A stretch of 64,000 bases of DNA from Nitrososphaerota archaeon (GTDB lineage: Archaea; Thermoproteota; Nitrososphaeria_A; Caldarchaeales; Calditenuaceae), in the NCBI GenBank assembly GCA_033581555.1, contig JAVQSZ010000004.1:32001-96000 (forward strand). Direction: 5' to 3'. Shown piece after piece: positions 9,658-19,346 of this stretch. Below the pieces are notes generated by a model, which did not search any database, had not been told where the DNA came from, and was given only the letters and a program-made list of their open reading frames with translations. The stretch's first letter is position 1, and each line of letters starts with the position of its first letter. Made by a program: the position numbers and the translations under genes.

Positions 9658-10369
9658 CCCTCCCGGACCTGTCTATTTCCCCGGCCCTTATTCTCGTGCT
9701 GGAGACAGGGTTGCCGTCCTCCGCGAGGACGATGGGGCCGACCTCAACGGCTATCGGAGGCCTGCTCGAGGAGGTCCGCTCCGCCGCGATCCTGAGGCAG
9801 TTCTGGAGGGTGAACGGACTCCCCACGACGACGTCGAAGCTCTCGTCGGTCACGGGCGGCCCCAGCGGGTCGTCGAGCTCGCCGATCTCGCACCTCCCGG
9901 CCCAGCCGTGCCTCCTCACCGCCTCCTCCAGCTCCCTCCTCCGGTCCTCGTAGCTCGTGATCCCCCTCTTCCCCATCCTCGTCGCGAAGCCATCCGTGAC
10001 CAGCCCCACGAAGACCCTTTCGGCTTCCCTGAAGGCCGCGTTGAGGAGCGCGAGGTGCCCGACGTGGAGCCTGTCGAAAGTCCCTCCGATGCCGGCCTTC
10101 CTGTACCTCGGCCTGACGTGCCTGCTCAACCTGATCTCGTCGAGGACCTCGTCCCACCAGAGCCTCGAGCACCTGAGCAGCACGAGCCCCACACCCCTCG
10201 GCAAGCCGAGCGCCCTAGAGAGCGCCTCGTGGTCGACCCTTGGGTCTGCAGTTACGACCTCCGCGGCGAGGGCCCTGAGCTCGCTATAGTTCGGCATCGA
10301 CCTCACCGCCTCGAAGAGCATCGAGTAGAGGAGCTCAGCCGACGCTGACCTGCTCCAGTCCTTGGGCAA
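9623..10369 (-). CDS. coaD: Phosphopantetheine adenylyltransferase (archaeal/eukaryote type) with N-terminal extension
   Basis: GGTFDRLHVGH, DPLGP and VSSTRIRAGEID motifs. Confidence 0.85.
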   Translation of the reverse strand: MPKDWSRSASAELLYSMLFEAVRSMPNYSELRALAAEVVTADPRVDHEALSRALGLPRGVGLVLLRCSRLWWDEVLDEIRLSRHVRPRYRKAGIGGTFDRLHVGHLALLNAAFREAERVFVGLVTDGFATRMGKRGITSYEDRRRELEEAVRRHGWAGRCEIGELDDPLGPPVTDESFDVVVGSPFTLQNCLRIAAERTSSSRPPIAVEVGPIVLAEDGNPVSSTRIRAGEIDRSGRVTRSQGPARRP

Positions 10370-10457
10370 CCCGGTTCACCCCGATCTCCGCTCACGTGAA
10401 AAATCCTCCTTCTTGAGGGCGTTAGGCATTTTACCGGAGTCCCAGACTGTGAGGTGG

Positions 10458-11342
10458 ATGAAGGACCAGCGCGAGATGACCTTCCTCGAGCACCTGATCG
10501 AGCTGAGGAACAGAGTGAAGGTAGTCATCGTCTCGTTCGTGGTCGCCCTGGTCTTCTGGCTCGCGTTCCCGAAGGACCTGCTGTCCCTCAACCCGAACCC
10601 CGAGGGTTTCTTGACCGGCCAGTACGTCCCAGTCATCAACGTCGTGCTCGAGAGGACGCTCCAGCTCGCGGAGGGCAGGGTTAAGATCATCGCGGGTACC
10701 CTCACGTCGCCGCTGGAGGTCTACTTCGTCGCGTCGGCGCTGATGGCCCTCATCACAGTCTCCCCTGTTATAGCGTATGAGTTCTACATGTACGTCGACC
10801 CCGCCCTCTACCCCCATGAGAGGAGACTCGTCTGGGGCTTCATGGCCGCCTTCATAGGGCTCTTCTCCTTCGGGGCGACCTTCTGCTACTTCGTCGTGAT
10901 GCCGCTGGTGATCAGGTTCATGCACATCTTCGCCGAGATCGTGGGCGCCGAGTTCGTCGTCACAGCGGTCGACTACTACTTCATGGTCTTCGCGACCGTG
11001 GCGCTGATGGGCTTCCTCTTCACGATCCCCGCGGTCTTCGTCCTCCTGGTCAGGCTGGGGATCGTGAGCTCCTCGATCGTGACGAAGAACAGGCTCTACG
11101 TCTACGGGCTCCTCTACATCGCGATCGCGCTCATCACGCCGGACGGATGGCTGGTCGCGAACACCGTCCTCTTCCTCCCGATGGTGGTGCTGACGGAGAC
11201 CGCAGTCCTGATCGCTAAGAGGTTCGAGAGGAGGAGGGAGGAGGAGGCGAGGGGGCCGCCGATGAGGAACTGCAAGTTCTGTGGGTACAGGATGCCCGAG
11301 GACGAGGTCTTCTGCCCGGCGTGTGGCAGGGCTCAGGAGTGA
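10458..11342 (+). CDS. tatC: Twin-arginine translocase subunit TatC with C-terminal Zn ribbon
   Basis: EMTFLEHLIELR, PALYPHER and ALITPDG. Start at ATG 10458 after GAGGTG. Confidence 0.92.
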   Translation: MKDQREMTFLEHLIELRNRVKVVIVSFVVALVFWLAFPKDLLSLNPNPEGFLTGQYVPVINVVLERTLQLAEGRVKIIAGTLTSPLEVYFVASALMALITVSPVIAYEFYMYVDPALYPHERRLVWGFMAAFIGLFSFGATFCYFVVMPLVIRFMHIFAEIVGAEFVVTAVDYYFMVFATVALMGFLFTIPAVFVLLVRLGIVSSSIVTKNRLYVYGLLYIAIALITPDGWLVANTVLFLPMVVLTETAVLIAKRFERRREEEARGPPMRNCKFCGYRMPEDEVFCPACGRAQE

Positions 11343-11665
11343 GGCGTCGGGGCGCGGAGCCTCTCCTTCACCTTCCTGATCGAGCCGGATGCCGTGACGA
11401 CGTCCAGCGCGACGGGCACTCCGTTGACCTCCGAGACGCTCGAGGCCGCTAGGATTACCCTCCAAACCGAGCTAAGGGAGCACCTGAGGACTAGTTCGCC
11501 CTTGGACTCGTCGAACCAAACCAGCTTCAGGTTTGCCCTGGCCGACTCGATCTGTCCGTAGAGCATCTCGAGGGCGGTATGGACCGTCCCGTGAACGGCT
11601 GCCGGGCTCGGCCGGCCGCCCCTCGACCTCACCCTAACCCCCAGGTACCTCCTCTTCGCCCTCAA
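11333..11665 (-). CDS. RNase P protein Pop5/Rpp14
   Basis: KRRYL...LYG...LRC...SGSIRK pattern; adjacent to Rpp30. Confidence 0.88.
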   Translation of the reverse strand: MRAKRRYLGVRVRSRGGRPSPAAVHGTVHTALEMLYGQIESARANLKLVWFDESKGELVLRCSLSSVWRVILAASSVSEVNGVPVALDVVTASGSIRKVKERLRAPTPHS

Positions 11666-12323
11666 CCGTCCACACCCCCCTCGGGTCCGAGAGCCCCGAG
11701 AGCCTCCTCGCGTTCTCGACGACGATCGACTCCGGAATCCTCGAGACCGAGTCCAGCGCTAGCTCTGGCTTGAAACCGGTCCCGGTCAACAGCGAGGCCA
11801 ACTGTACCGGCCTCCTCATCCCGATACCGTCGGAGGCCCCCGACGTCACGACCACCTTTACCCTCCCCCTCTCGATCCACCTCGAGGACCTGAGGAGCCA
11901 GGAGGCGAAGGAGCGCGGGTCCCTCAGGAACTCCGAGAACCTCAGCTCGACCGCGTTCTTGGCAACCTCAGCGACGTGCCTGTCGATCGGGATCATCTGC
12001 TCCGTCGGCGCCACGACGAGGTCCACTCTCGAGTCCCTCAGCGCGGCCATCAACACCTCCCTGCTCGGAGCCCTGACCGCGACGACGTGGTGCCTCCACC
12101 TGGCACTCCTCAGCATTCGGTAGAGCTCGTCGACGGACCTCGGGTGAACGGTGACCCTGCTGTAGACCTCGACTCCCCGGGCGATCCCCCCGAGCTCCTC
12201 GATCTCCGAACCCGTGACCTCGACTGCGACGCCCCTGAACCCTAGGGACGCAGCTGTCTCGACGAGCGACTCGGCCCCGGAGGCGGAGCCGGCAACAAGC
12301 CCGACGTCGTAGTACCTCCTCAA
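11634..12323 (-). CDS. RNase P protein Rpp30
   Basis: YYD start, ALRDSRVDL, VVVTSGA and MRRP motifs. TTG start at 12323 overlaps the upstream stop. Confidence 0.82.
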   Translation of the reverse strand: MRRYYDVGLVAGSASGAESLVETAASLGFRGVAVEVTGSEIEELGGIARGVEVYSRVTVHPRSVDELYRMLRSARWRHHVVAVRAPSREVLMAALRDSRVDLVVAPTEQMIPIDRHVAEVAKNAVELRFSEFLRDPRSFASWLLRSSRWIERGRVKVVVTSGASDGIGMRRPVQLASLLTGTGFKPELALDSVSRIPESIVVENARRLSGLSDPRGVWTVEGEEEVPGG

Positions 12324-12691
12324 GCCCTCTGCCTCCGGACCTCTACCTTGATCGCGTCCCGCTCCGAGAGGACCAGCTCTCCCAGGTAGGCCGCCTGCTT
12401 GTCGAGCCTGACGTGGATTACCTCCTGCGACCCGAGGACCTCGGTCCTCTCCGCGACGTAGTGCTCGGGCAGGTATGAGAGGAGCCTCTCCGCCACCGCC
12501 TCCGCCCCCTCGCCCCTCAGCTCGACCTCGACGACCGAGAGTGGCTCCCCGAAGATCCCGGTCGTCCTCGTCCATCGCGCGGCGCCGCTCACGTCGACGC
12601 CTAGCGCGTTCGACATCGCCCTCAGGACTTTCTCCTCAGACTCGGTCGCGGAGCAGATCGCCCTCGCCGTGACCGATGTGACCCTGCGCAA
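12320..12691 (-). CDS. DUF54 predicted RNA-binding protein
   Basis: ATESEEKVLRA, GIFGEP and RLDKQAAYLG; usual neighbour of RNase P genes. Confidence 0.85.
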   Translation of the reverse strand: MRRVTSVTARAICSATESEEKVLRAMSNALGVDVSGAARWTRTTGIFGEPLSVVEVELRGEGAEAVAERLLSYLPEHYVAERTEVLGSQEVIHVRLDKQAAYLGELVLSERDAIKVEVRRQRA

Positions 12692-12692
12692 C

Positions 12693-13226
12693 TCAGTACC
12701 ACCTGTCCTTCAGACCGATAAGGTAGGCTCCGGCGTTGGTCCCTACGTGTAAGGCCGCGGTAACCAACATCAGCAGCGCGACCGTCAGCGGGTCTGCCCA
12801 GCTCGGATGGCCGAAGGCCGCCCAAGAGACGATGAGGGCCGCGACGAGAAACCCAAGTTGGTCGAGGGCCGGGACCGACGCTCCCCTCTCGATCCCCGCG
12901 CGCCTCTTCGCGAACGAGCCCAGGACGTCACCGAACATCGCGCCCGCAGAGAGCAGAACGGGTTCGGCCGCGTGCCTGAACGTGCCTGGCGAGAGCAGCA
13001 GGACCGCGAGTCCGGCAGCGCTGCCCGCGGCGATCCCGGTCACGAGGCCCTCGACCGTCTTCCCGTCGCCCAGCAGCCTCCTGCCGTCGAGGAAGGTCCT
13101 CCCGAAGTCGAGCGGGTGGGTCGAGCCGACCAGCCTGACCGCCACGACGGGCGCGCCGTTCGCGACGTAGGCGGGGAAGACGTAGACCAGCGCGGCCAGT
13201 AGCCTCCAGACGATCCCTTCCTCCAT
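12693..13226 (-). CDS. carS: CDP-archaeol synthase
   Basis: PAYVANGAPV, PLDFG...DGRRLLGDGKT, GDVLGSFAKRR, LDQL and HVGTN motifs. Confidence 0.94.
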   Translation of the reverse strand: MEEGIVWRLLAALVYVFPAYVANGAPVVAVRLVGSTHPLDFGRTFLDGRRLLGDGKTVEGLVTGIAAGSAAGLAVLLLSPGTFRHAAEPVLLSAGAMFGDVLGSFAKRRAGIERGASVPALDQLGFLVAALIVSWAAFGHPSWADPLTVALLMLVTAALHVGTNAGAYLIGLKDRWY

Positions 13227-13289
13227 CCGGCCTGCGATCGGGCCGACCTGCTAATGGGTTCTATGCCGAAGCCCCGAGGGACATTGGGC

Positions 13290-13754
13290 TCAGAACCCCG
13301 CCTCGCCGACGTCGCCTTCAGGCCCCATGTCGAAGCCCTGGTCCCCCGCGAGCATGAACCCGAGGCTCTGGAGCATCATCAGGTCGAGCAGGTGGAGGCT
13401 GACCAGCAGCGGGACGAGCGCCTGGTACTGCGTCAGGAGCTCCCGCACTCCCTCCTCGTCGCCCTCTTCGGCCCTCCTCCTGATCTCCTCCGCGACCCTC
13501 TCCAACTCCCTCCTCGCCTCCTCTGCCTCTCGCATGCCTCTCTCGGTGAGCGAGTAGACGGTCCTCCTCCTGAGGAAGCCCTTCGCCTCCTGCGAGGAGA
13601 CCAGCCCCGAGGCCTCGAGCGAGATCAGCGCCGACTCAACGTCGGACCTCTGGAGGCCCGTCCTGTTAGCGACCTCCGCGGCCGTGAGCGGGCCGTCGGT
13701 GAGCGCCACGAGCACCAGGTTCCTCCGGACCCTCCAGTCCTCCTGTGCCGACAT
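13290..13754 (-). CDS. Winged helix-turn-helix protein
   Basis: GPLTAAEVA...LEASGLV...YSLTERG; acidic Gly-rich tail. Confidence 0.75.
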   Translation of the reverse strand: MSAQEDWRVRRNLVLVALTDGPLTAAEVANRTGLQRSDVESALISLEASGLVSSQEAKGFLRRRTVYSLTERGMREAEEARRELERVAEEIRRRAEEGDEEGVRELLTQYQALVPLLVSLHLLDLMMLQSLGFMLAGDQGFDMGPEGDVGEAGF

Positions 13755-13852
13755 CGGTGTGACGGGCCGTCCGGACCTTATTTAACTGACTCGAAGGCCC
13801 CCGAACCGAGTCTCGGGAGACGCTTAAATCCGGCTGGGGGCGGAGAGACCCG

Positions 13853-14995
13853 ATGAGGGTAACGGTCTCGGTCATCAAGGCGGACGTCGGGAGCGTCGCG
13901 GGCCACCACAAGCCCCACGCGGAGATGCTCTCCTACGCCGAGAGGAAGATGCGGGAGGCCGAGGAGACAGGCCTGATCCTCTCGGGCTACGTGACCCACG
14001 CCGGGGACGACATCGTCCTAGTGATGACCCACGCCCGGGGCGAGAACGACCCAGAGGTCCACGGTCTGGCGTGGAGGACCTTCAAGGAGATCACGGAGAG
14101 GGTCGCGAGGCCGCTCAAGCTCTACGCAGCCGGCCAGGACCTTCTGAGCGACGCCTTCAGCGGGAACGTGAGGGGACTGGGGCCCGGGGTCGCCGAGATC
14201 GAGTTCGAGGAGAGGCCCTCCGAGCCGATCGTCGTCTTCGCAGCCGACAAGACCGAGCCCGGCGCGTGGAACGTCCCGCTCTACAGGATCTTCGCGTCCC
14301 CCGACAACACCGCGGGCCTCGTCATCGACCCGAAGCTCCACGCGGGCTTCAAGTTCGAGGTCCTAGACCTGATTGAGTCCGAGTCGGTCGTCCTCAAGGC
14401 GCCCGAAGAGCTCTACGACCTGGTCGCGCTCCTCGGCACTCCGGGCAGATACGCGGTCTCGAGGGTCTTCAGGGCGATCGACGACGAGCCGGCCGCGGCC
14501 GCGAGCACGACGAGGCTCAGCCTAATCGCGGGGAGGTACGTCGGGAAGGACGACCCGGTCCTCGTGGTCAGGGCCCAGGCGGGATTCCCAGCGGTCGGTG
14601 AGATCCTGAGCGCCTTCGCGGTCCCACCGATCGTCAGCGGTTGGATGAGGGGCTCCCACAGGGGTCCCCTGATGCCGGTCTCCTTCAGGAAGGGCCACAA
14701 CGTCGTGACCTTCTTCGACGGGCCTCCGAGGGTGATCGCGATGGGCTGGCAGGTCTCGAACGGCAGGCTGGTCGGCGTCGAGGGCAAGGAGCCCGCTGAC
14801 CTCTTCGACGACCCGTTCTTCGACCACAGCAGAAGGGTCGCGGCCGAGATGGCGATCTACCTCAGGACGATGGGCGAGTTCGAGCCGGCGAGGCTCGGGC
14901 ACGAGGAGATGGAATACACGACGCTCCCCCAGGTCCTCGAGAGGTTGAGGCCGAGGTTCAGGAAGGTCGAGGAGGGCGTTCGCGTGAAGCGCTAA
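13853..14995 (+). CDS. fbp: Fructose-1,6-bisphosphate aldolase/phosphatase (class V)
   Basis: SVIKADVGS, YAAGQDLL, DKTEPGAWN, YVGKDDP, GWMRGSH and MEYTT motifs. Confidence 0.97.
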   Translation: MRVTVSVIKADVGSVAGHHKPHAEMLSYAERKMREAEETGLILSGYVTHAGDDIVLVMTHARGENDPEVHGLAWRTFKEITERVARPLKLYAAGQDLLSDAFSGNVRGLGPGVAEIEFEERPSEPIVVFAADKTEPGAWNVPLYRIFASPDNTAGLVIDPKLHAGFKFEVLDLIESESVVLKAPEELYDLVALLGTPGRYAVSRVFRAIDDEPAAAASTTRLSLIAGRYVGKDDPVLVVRAQAGFPAVGEILSAFAVPPIVSGWMRGSHRGPLMPVSFRKGHNVVTFFDGPPRVIAMGWQVSNGRLVGVEGKEPADLFDDPFFDHSRRVAAEMAIYLRTMGEFEPARLGHEEMEYTTLPQVLERLRPRFRKVEEGVRVKR

Positions 14996-15038
14996 GGGCC
15001 GGAACAGGTTTATCCGCGTCCGCTCCTCTTCCGCCCCG

Positions 15039-15884
15039 ATGGACAGGGTCCTGGATTTCCACGTCCACCTGCCGACCGCCTCCTTCGTTTCGACGCTCAG
15101 GCCCTTCGTCGAGTCGATCAACGCCTACTTCAGGACCAACCTCGTCCAGAAGGACGTCGGCGACGCGATAGAGGAGCTCAGGGGCCAAGGGGTGACTAAG
15201 GCGGTCCTCCTCCCGATCGATGCGTACAGGCTGACCGGGGTCCGGGGCGACACGAACGAGTTGATGGCGCGGATCCAGGACGAGCACCGCGACTTCTTCG
15301 TCTGCTTCGCGACCGTCGACCCCCACGGTCCCAAGGCGGCGGAGGAACTCGAGGACGCCCTGACGAGGCTCGGGCTGAGGGGACTGAAGCTCCATCCTCA
15401 GCTCCAGGACGTGAGACCGAACGACCCGAAGCTCTACCCGGTCTACGCGGTCGCGGAGAGACACGGCGTCCCAGTCCTGGTCCACACGGGGACATCGGGG
15501 ATAGGTGCGGGGATGCCGGGCGGAGGCTCGATGAGGCTCGACTACGGCAGGCCGATCCACCTCGACGAGGTCGCTGCGGTCTTCCCTAAGCTCGACCTGA
15601 TACTCGCCCACTTCGGGTGGCCCTGGCACGAGGAGGCCCTCGCGATCGCGCTCCACAAGAGGAACGTCTACATCGACCTCTCCGGGTGGCTGCCGAAGTA
15701 CATCCCCCAGACCGTGATGAGGTACGTAGACACGCTCCTGAGGAATAAGGCACTCTTCGGGAGCGACTACCCGATGCTCAGCCCCGCGAGGTGTCTCGAG
15801 CAGTTCAGGGCGAGCGGCCTCCGCCCCGAGACCCTGGAGAGGGTCCTCTATGCCAACGGGGCCGAACTCCTCAAGCTGACTTGA
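15039..15884 (+). CDS. Amidohydrolase family 2 protein
   Basis: DFHVH, GLKLHP, VHTG, LAHFGWPW, YIDLSG and FGSDYP. Confidence 0.9.
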   Translation: MDRVLDFHVHLPTASFVSTLRPFVESINAYFRTNLVQKDVGDAIEELRGQGVTKAVLLPIDAYRLTGVRGDTNELMARIQDEHRDFFVCFATVDPHGPKAAEELEDALTRLGLRGLKLHPQLQDVRPNDPKLYPVYAVAERHGVPVLVHTGTSGIGAGMPGGGSMRLDYGRPIHLDEVAAVFPKLDLILAHFGWPWHEEALAIALHKRNVYIDLSGWLPKYIPQTVMRYVDTLLRNKALFGSDYPMLSPARCLEQFRASGLRPETLERVLYANGAELLKLT

Positions 15885-15900
15885 CAGCTCGCGAGCAGGG

Positions 15901-16797
15901 TTAGGAGGAGCTGGAGCCCCCGAAGTAGACGAAGAAGTCCTCGTCCTCGACTAGCAGCTTCATCTCGTCGAAGTCCACCTTCTCTCCCCTCTCAAGCCTC
16001 TCGAGGACCTCCTTCTTCTTCCTCTCCTTGACCGTCGAGACCCTCCTCTTCCAGAGCTCCTCCTTCTCGGCCCTCAGCGTCCTCCTGAGGTCGTAGATCT
16101 TCGAGGCCAGGAGAATCGTCTCTGCCTCGTACCTGTCCCAGGTGTTCTTCAGCTGGAGGTATTTCTGCTTGGCCTCCTCGTGCTTGGCCTTGAGCTCGTC
16201 GTATTTCGCGTTCAGGACCTTCAGCTCGTTGTTGATCGCGGAGAGTCTGCCGTTGAGGTTGTCAAGCTCGCCCCTCTTCGCGTCCAGCTCCCTCTTCTTC
16301 TGCTCGACCTCCGGGTAAAGCCTGAGGAGCTCCTCGTTGATCTTGAGGGCCTTCTCGTACTCGTTCAGCATAGCCTCGAGCCTTGAAGCCTCCTCGAAGA
16401 GCCTCCTCTCCTCCTCCCTCCTGACCCTGTGGGCCGCGAGGTAGAGGTCGATCTCGTCGAGCCTCCTCCTGATCCTCTCGACGTCGATCCTCTTCATCAC
16501 GCCCTTGATCTCGCCGCGCTTGCTCCTGATCTCGAAGACCATGTTGAGCAGCTCCTCCCTCAACCTCCTGACCTCCGACCTCAGGTTCCTGACCGAGTCG
16601 AGCAGTGAGAGCTTCTCTGCCTTGAGGTTCGCGATCTGCTCCCTTATCCTCCCCATCTCCTCCCAGATCGCGTTCTTGGCCCTGTACTGCTTGAGGGCCT
16701 CCTCCTTCACCTCGCCGACCTTCTCCTGGAGCTCCTTGAGCCTCTCGCGGACCTCGTAGAGCTGCTCCTCAGCAGCGTTGTGCTCCGCGTAGCTCAT
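15901..16797 (-). CDS. Archaeal long coiled-coil protein
   Basis: E/K/R/L heptads throughout; C-terminal LERGEKVDFDEM motif. Confidence 0.75.
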   Translation of the reverse strand: MSYAEHNAAEEQLYEVRERLKELQEKVGEVKEEALKQYRAKNAIWEEMGRIREQIANLKAEKLSLLDSVRNLRSEVRRLREELLNMVFEIRSKRGEIKGVMKRIDVERIRRRLDEIDLYLAAHRVRREEERRLFEEASRLEAMLNEYEKALKINEELLRLYPEVEQKKRELDAKRGELDNLNGRLSAINNELKVLNAKYDELKAKHEEAKQKYLQLKNTWDRYEAETILLASKIYDLRRTLRAEKEELWKRRVSTVKERKKKEVLERLERGEKVDFDEMKLLVEDEDFFVYFGGSSSS

Positions 16798-17555
16798 CTC
16801 AGTTCATCCTCCCCTTCACCGAAGGTCCTAGTTATAGCCATATGCAGGACCGGGAACCCGTCCATCGTCTTCGAGGAGACGATCACGTGCGGGATGAAGG
16901 CCCTGATCTCGCTGACGGCCTTCGCGACCTCCCTCGCCATCAACAGGGTCACCCCGCCGCTCCTCCTGTCGAGGTCGACCTCGTAGGCCTCTTGGGAGCT
17001 CAACCACCTCGAGATCCTGGCCAGGACCCTCCTCGGGACTACGTCGGACTTCGTGACCGCCATCACCATCGGCATCGCGAACCTCAGGTAGACCGAGGCT
17101 GCGAGGAACATCGAGGACGCGAAGGTCCTCGGGGTGTGGGAGAGGATCGGGTCGAGGAGGTAGAGGATCGCTCCCCTCTCGAGGGTGAGGGCCTTTGCCA
17201 CGATCAGCCCCTCCCTCCTGAACGCGAAGATCTCCATCTGGCCGGGGGTGTCGACGATTAAGTAATCGACGTGGAGGCCCTGGACCTCCTCGACCAAGGC
17301 CTCGACGTTCCTCGCGACCTCCCTCACGGAGTAGATCAGGGCCGAGTTCGGCCCCACGCCCCTCATGGCCATTATCCTCTCGTAGTCCACCATCTCCCTC
17401 ACGTCAACGTCGGGCTCGTAGGGCAGCGTGATCGCCGCGGGGTCGAGGTTCACGGTCGCCACCGACTGCTCGTTTTCCCTCAGCCAGTCAACCAGCGCTG
17501 AGGTCAGCGTCGACTTGCCAGAGGACGCCGTGCCCACGACGAATATGGTCCTCAA
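16794..17555 (-). CDS. GPN-loop GTPase
   Basis: GTASSGKST, NLDPA, GVGPN and DTPGQME. Start inferred at TTG 17555. Confidence 0.92.
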   Translation of the reverse strand: MRTIFVVGTASSGKSTLTSALVDWLRENEQSVATVNLDPAAITLPYEPDVDVREMVDYERIMAMRGVGPNSALIYSVREVARNVEALVEEVQGLHVDYLIVDTPGQMEIFAFRREGLIVAKALTLERGAILYLLDPILSHTPRTFASSMFLAASVYLRFAMPMVMAVTKSDVVPRRVLARISRWLSSQEAYEVDLDRRSGGVTLLMAREVAKAVSEIRAFIPHVIVSSKTMDGFPVLHMAITRTFGEGEDELR

Positions 17556-17664
17556 GAGCCGCGCAGCTCCGCGTTCCGCCAAGGATTTAACCATGAAGTC
17601 CTAGTCGGGCCGCGGTCTGCATCAGGTCGGACCTCGGTCGCCGCAGAGCGGCAGGGGTGATTGG

Positions 17665-18168
17665 TCACCTCCTGAACTGCAGCAGTATCCCGGCAGCGAC
17701 AGTCGCGCCGGCGAGCAGAAGGGCCACGAGGTGACCGGCGCCGAGGCCCGTTAGCCCGGTATAGAGCATGTACCCGCCGATCGCCGATGAGGTCACGACA
17801 AGGAGGACCTCGTGGAAGAAGAACCCGACCAGGAACCCGATCAGGGCCATGAGGAGGGCCAAGGCGAGGCCTGAGCCGAGCGACGACGCGATGACGTATC
17901 CGAAGAGCGCGAGGACGAGCCCAGCGCCCACCCTGAGGAGCAAAAGGCCCACGAACCCCAGCCCCGCGAAGGCGATGACCGTGACGACGTCGAGGAGGAA
18001 CGGCGAGAGCCTCCCCGCGAGGACCTCCCTCAACAAAAGGGCCCCCAGCGCGCCGGCCGCGATGAAGGCTGCTAGCTTCAGGACCCTCTTCCCCAGGAAA
18101 GCCAGGAGGAGCCCCAGCCCTATCAGGATCAGGTTGAGGGCGGTGCCCGGCACAGGGACCGACACCAC
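17665..18168 (-). CDS. Gly-rich multi-pass membrane protein (DUF4203-like)
   Basis: Six hydrophobic Gly-rich helices; ends GILLQFRR. Confidence 0.65.
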   Translation of the reverse strand: MVSVPVPGTALNLILIGLGLLLAFLGKRVLKLAAFIAAGALGALLLREVLAGRLSPFLLDVVTVIAFAGLGFVGLLLLRVGAGLVLALFGYVIASSLGSGLALALLMALIGFLVGFFFHEVLLVVTSSAIGGYMLYTGLTGLGAGHLVALLLAGATVAAGILLQFRR

Positions 18169-18175
18169 GGGTCCC

Positions 18176-18361
18176 TCACCGGACCACCCTCAGGAGCCGG
18201 AGGCCGTTCAGCAGGAGCATGACTCCGAGCGCGGCAACCAACACCCCGATGAGCTCCACTATCAGCCTCCAGCTGACCGCGAGCCCTATCACCAGCAGTA
18301 TCAGGCCCGCGACCACGTAGAGCACGCCGGTCGTCTCCCCGCTCGCGGTCATGGTGATCAC
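18176..18361 (-). CDS. Small two-TM membrane protein
   Basis: Two hydrophobic helices; fills the gap directly after rps15. Confidence 0.6.
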   Translation of the reverse strand: MITMTASGETTGVLYVVAGLILLVIGLAVSWRLIVELIGVLVAALGVMLLLNGLRLLRVVR

Positions 18362-18808
18362 CTACGCGTAGGTGTAGAGCGTCCTGAACTGGAAGTCCTT
18401 TGGGAGCCTCCCGATCCTCTTGTAGTACTTCACGAGCCTGTGTATCTTCGCCTCGACCAGCTGGAGCCTGTGCCTGTTGTACCTGTCGGACCTGTTGTTC
18501 TGGAGGTGGACGTGCATCCTCCTCGCCCTCTCGATGAGGTTCATCAGGTCCTCGGGGATCTCCTGGCCGAGCCCGCGCTCTCTGAGTATCTGGGTGACGC
18601 TCTTCCCCGTGATTGCCCTAACGAGCGGTATCCCGTGCTGGTCCCGCAGTACCGTCCCGATCAAGCTCGGCGACATGCCCTGCCTCGCGTAGCTCACGAC
18701 CAGCTCCTCGACCTCCTCCGGCGTGGCCGTCACCCATGAGGGTGGAGACTTCGAGATCGGGCGCTTCGAGCCGGACTTGCCCCGCTTTCTCGCGTGCATC
18801 CGCGCCAT
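18362..18808 (-). CDS. rps15: 30S ribosomal protein S15 (uS15/S13e)
   Basis: MARMHARKRGKSGSKRP, IGTVLRDQHG, IPEDL and IHRLVKYYK. Confidence 0.98.
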   Translation of the reverse strand: MARMHARKRGKSGSKRPISKSPPSWVTATPEEVEELVVSYARQGMSPSLIGTVLRDQHGIPLVRAITGKSVTQILRERGLGQEIPEDLMNLIERARRMHVHLQNNRSDRYNRHRLQLVEAKIHRLVKYYKRIGRLPKDFQFRTLYTYA

Positions 18809-18909
18809 TTCCGTCCCATCGATCGGAGCTCGCTCTAAAAATAAACCGTACGTGGCTCCTCGGCCCGATGGCGGGGTGATCCGTTAAAGTTGATAGAGCG
18901 ACGAGTCAA

Positions 18910-19341
18910 GTGCTCGAGCGAATGATCAGGCTGAAGAGGGCCCACGTCGAGGAGATGAGGTCCCACCTGGCTTCGGTCTACCCGGAGGAGGGCTGCGGCC
19001 TCCTGGTGGGGAGGGTGGTGAACGGAGTGAGGGAGGTGGAGAGGCTGGTACCGATGAGGAACGTCTACAACGGCTCGAGGAGGAACAGGTACTCGATAGA
19101 CCCGCTGGAGTACGTGAAGGTCGAGAGGGAGGCGGCCGAGAGGGGCGAGGTCGTCCTCGGGGTCTACCACAGCCACCCGGACTACCCCGCAGTCCCGAGC
19201 AGCCACGACCTGGAGCACGCGGTCCCGGAGTTCACGTACGTCATCGTCTCGATCTCGGGGAGGGACGTCAAGGGGATCTCCGCGTGGAGGCTCGACGAAG
19301 TCCTGAGGAGGTTCGAGGTCGAGGACATGTCGATCGAGTAG
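18910..19341 (+). CDS. JAMM/MPN+ (M67) metalloprotease
   Basis: YPEEGCGLL and YHSHPDYPAVPSSHD (HxHx7Sx2D). Confidence 0.92.
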   Translation: MLERMIRLKRAHVEEMRSHLASVYPEEGCGLLVGRVVNGVREVERLVPMRNVYNGSRRNRYSIDPLEYVKVEREAAERGEVVLGVYHSHPDYPAVPSSHDLEHAVPEFTYVIVSISGRDVKGISAWRLDEVLRRFEVEDMSIE

Positions 19342-19346
19342 GTTCC

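Noticed and set aside
18910-19341. JAMM protease as part of a ubiquitin operon
   Set aside because: No ubiquitin-like, E1, E2 or RING genes adjacent; looks like a generic stand-alone JAMM.
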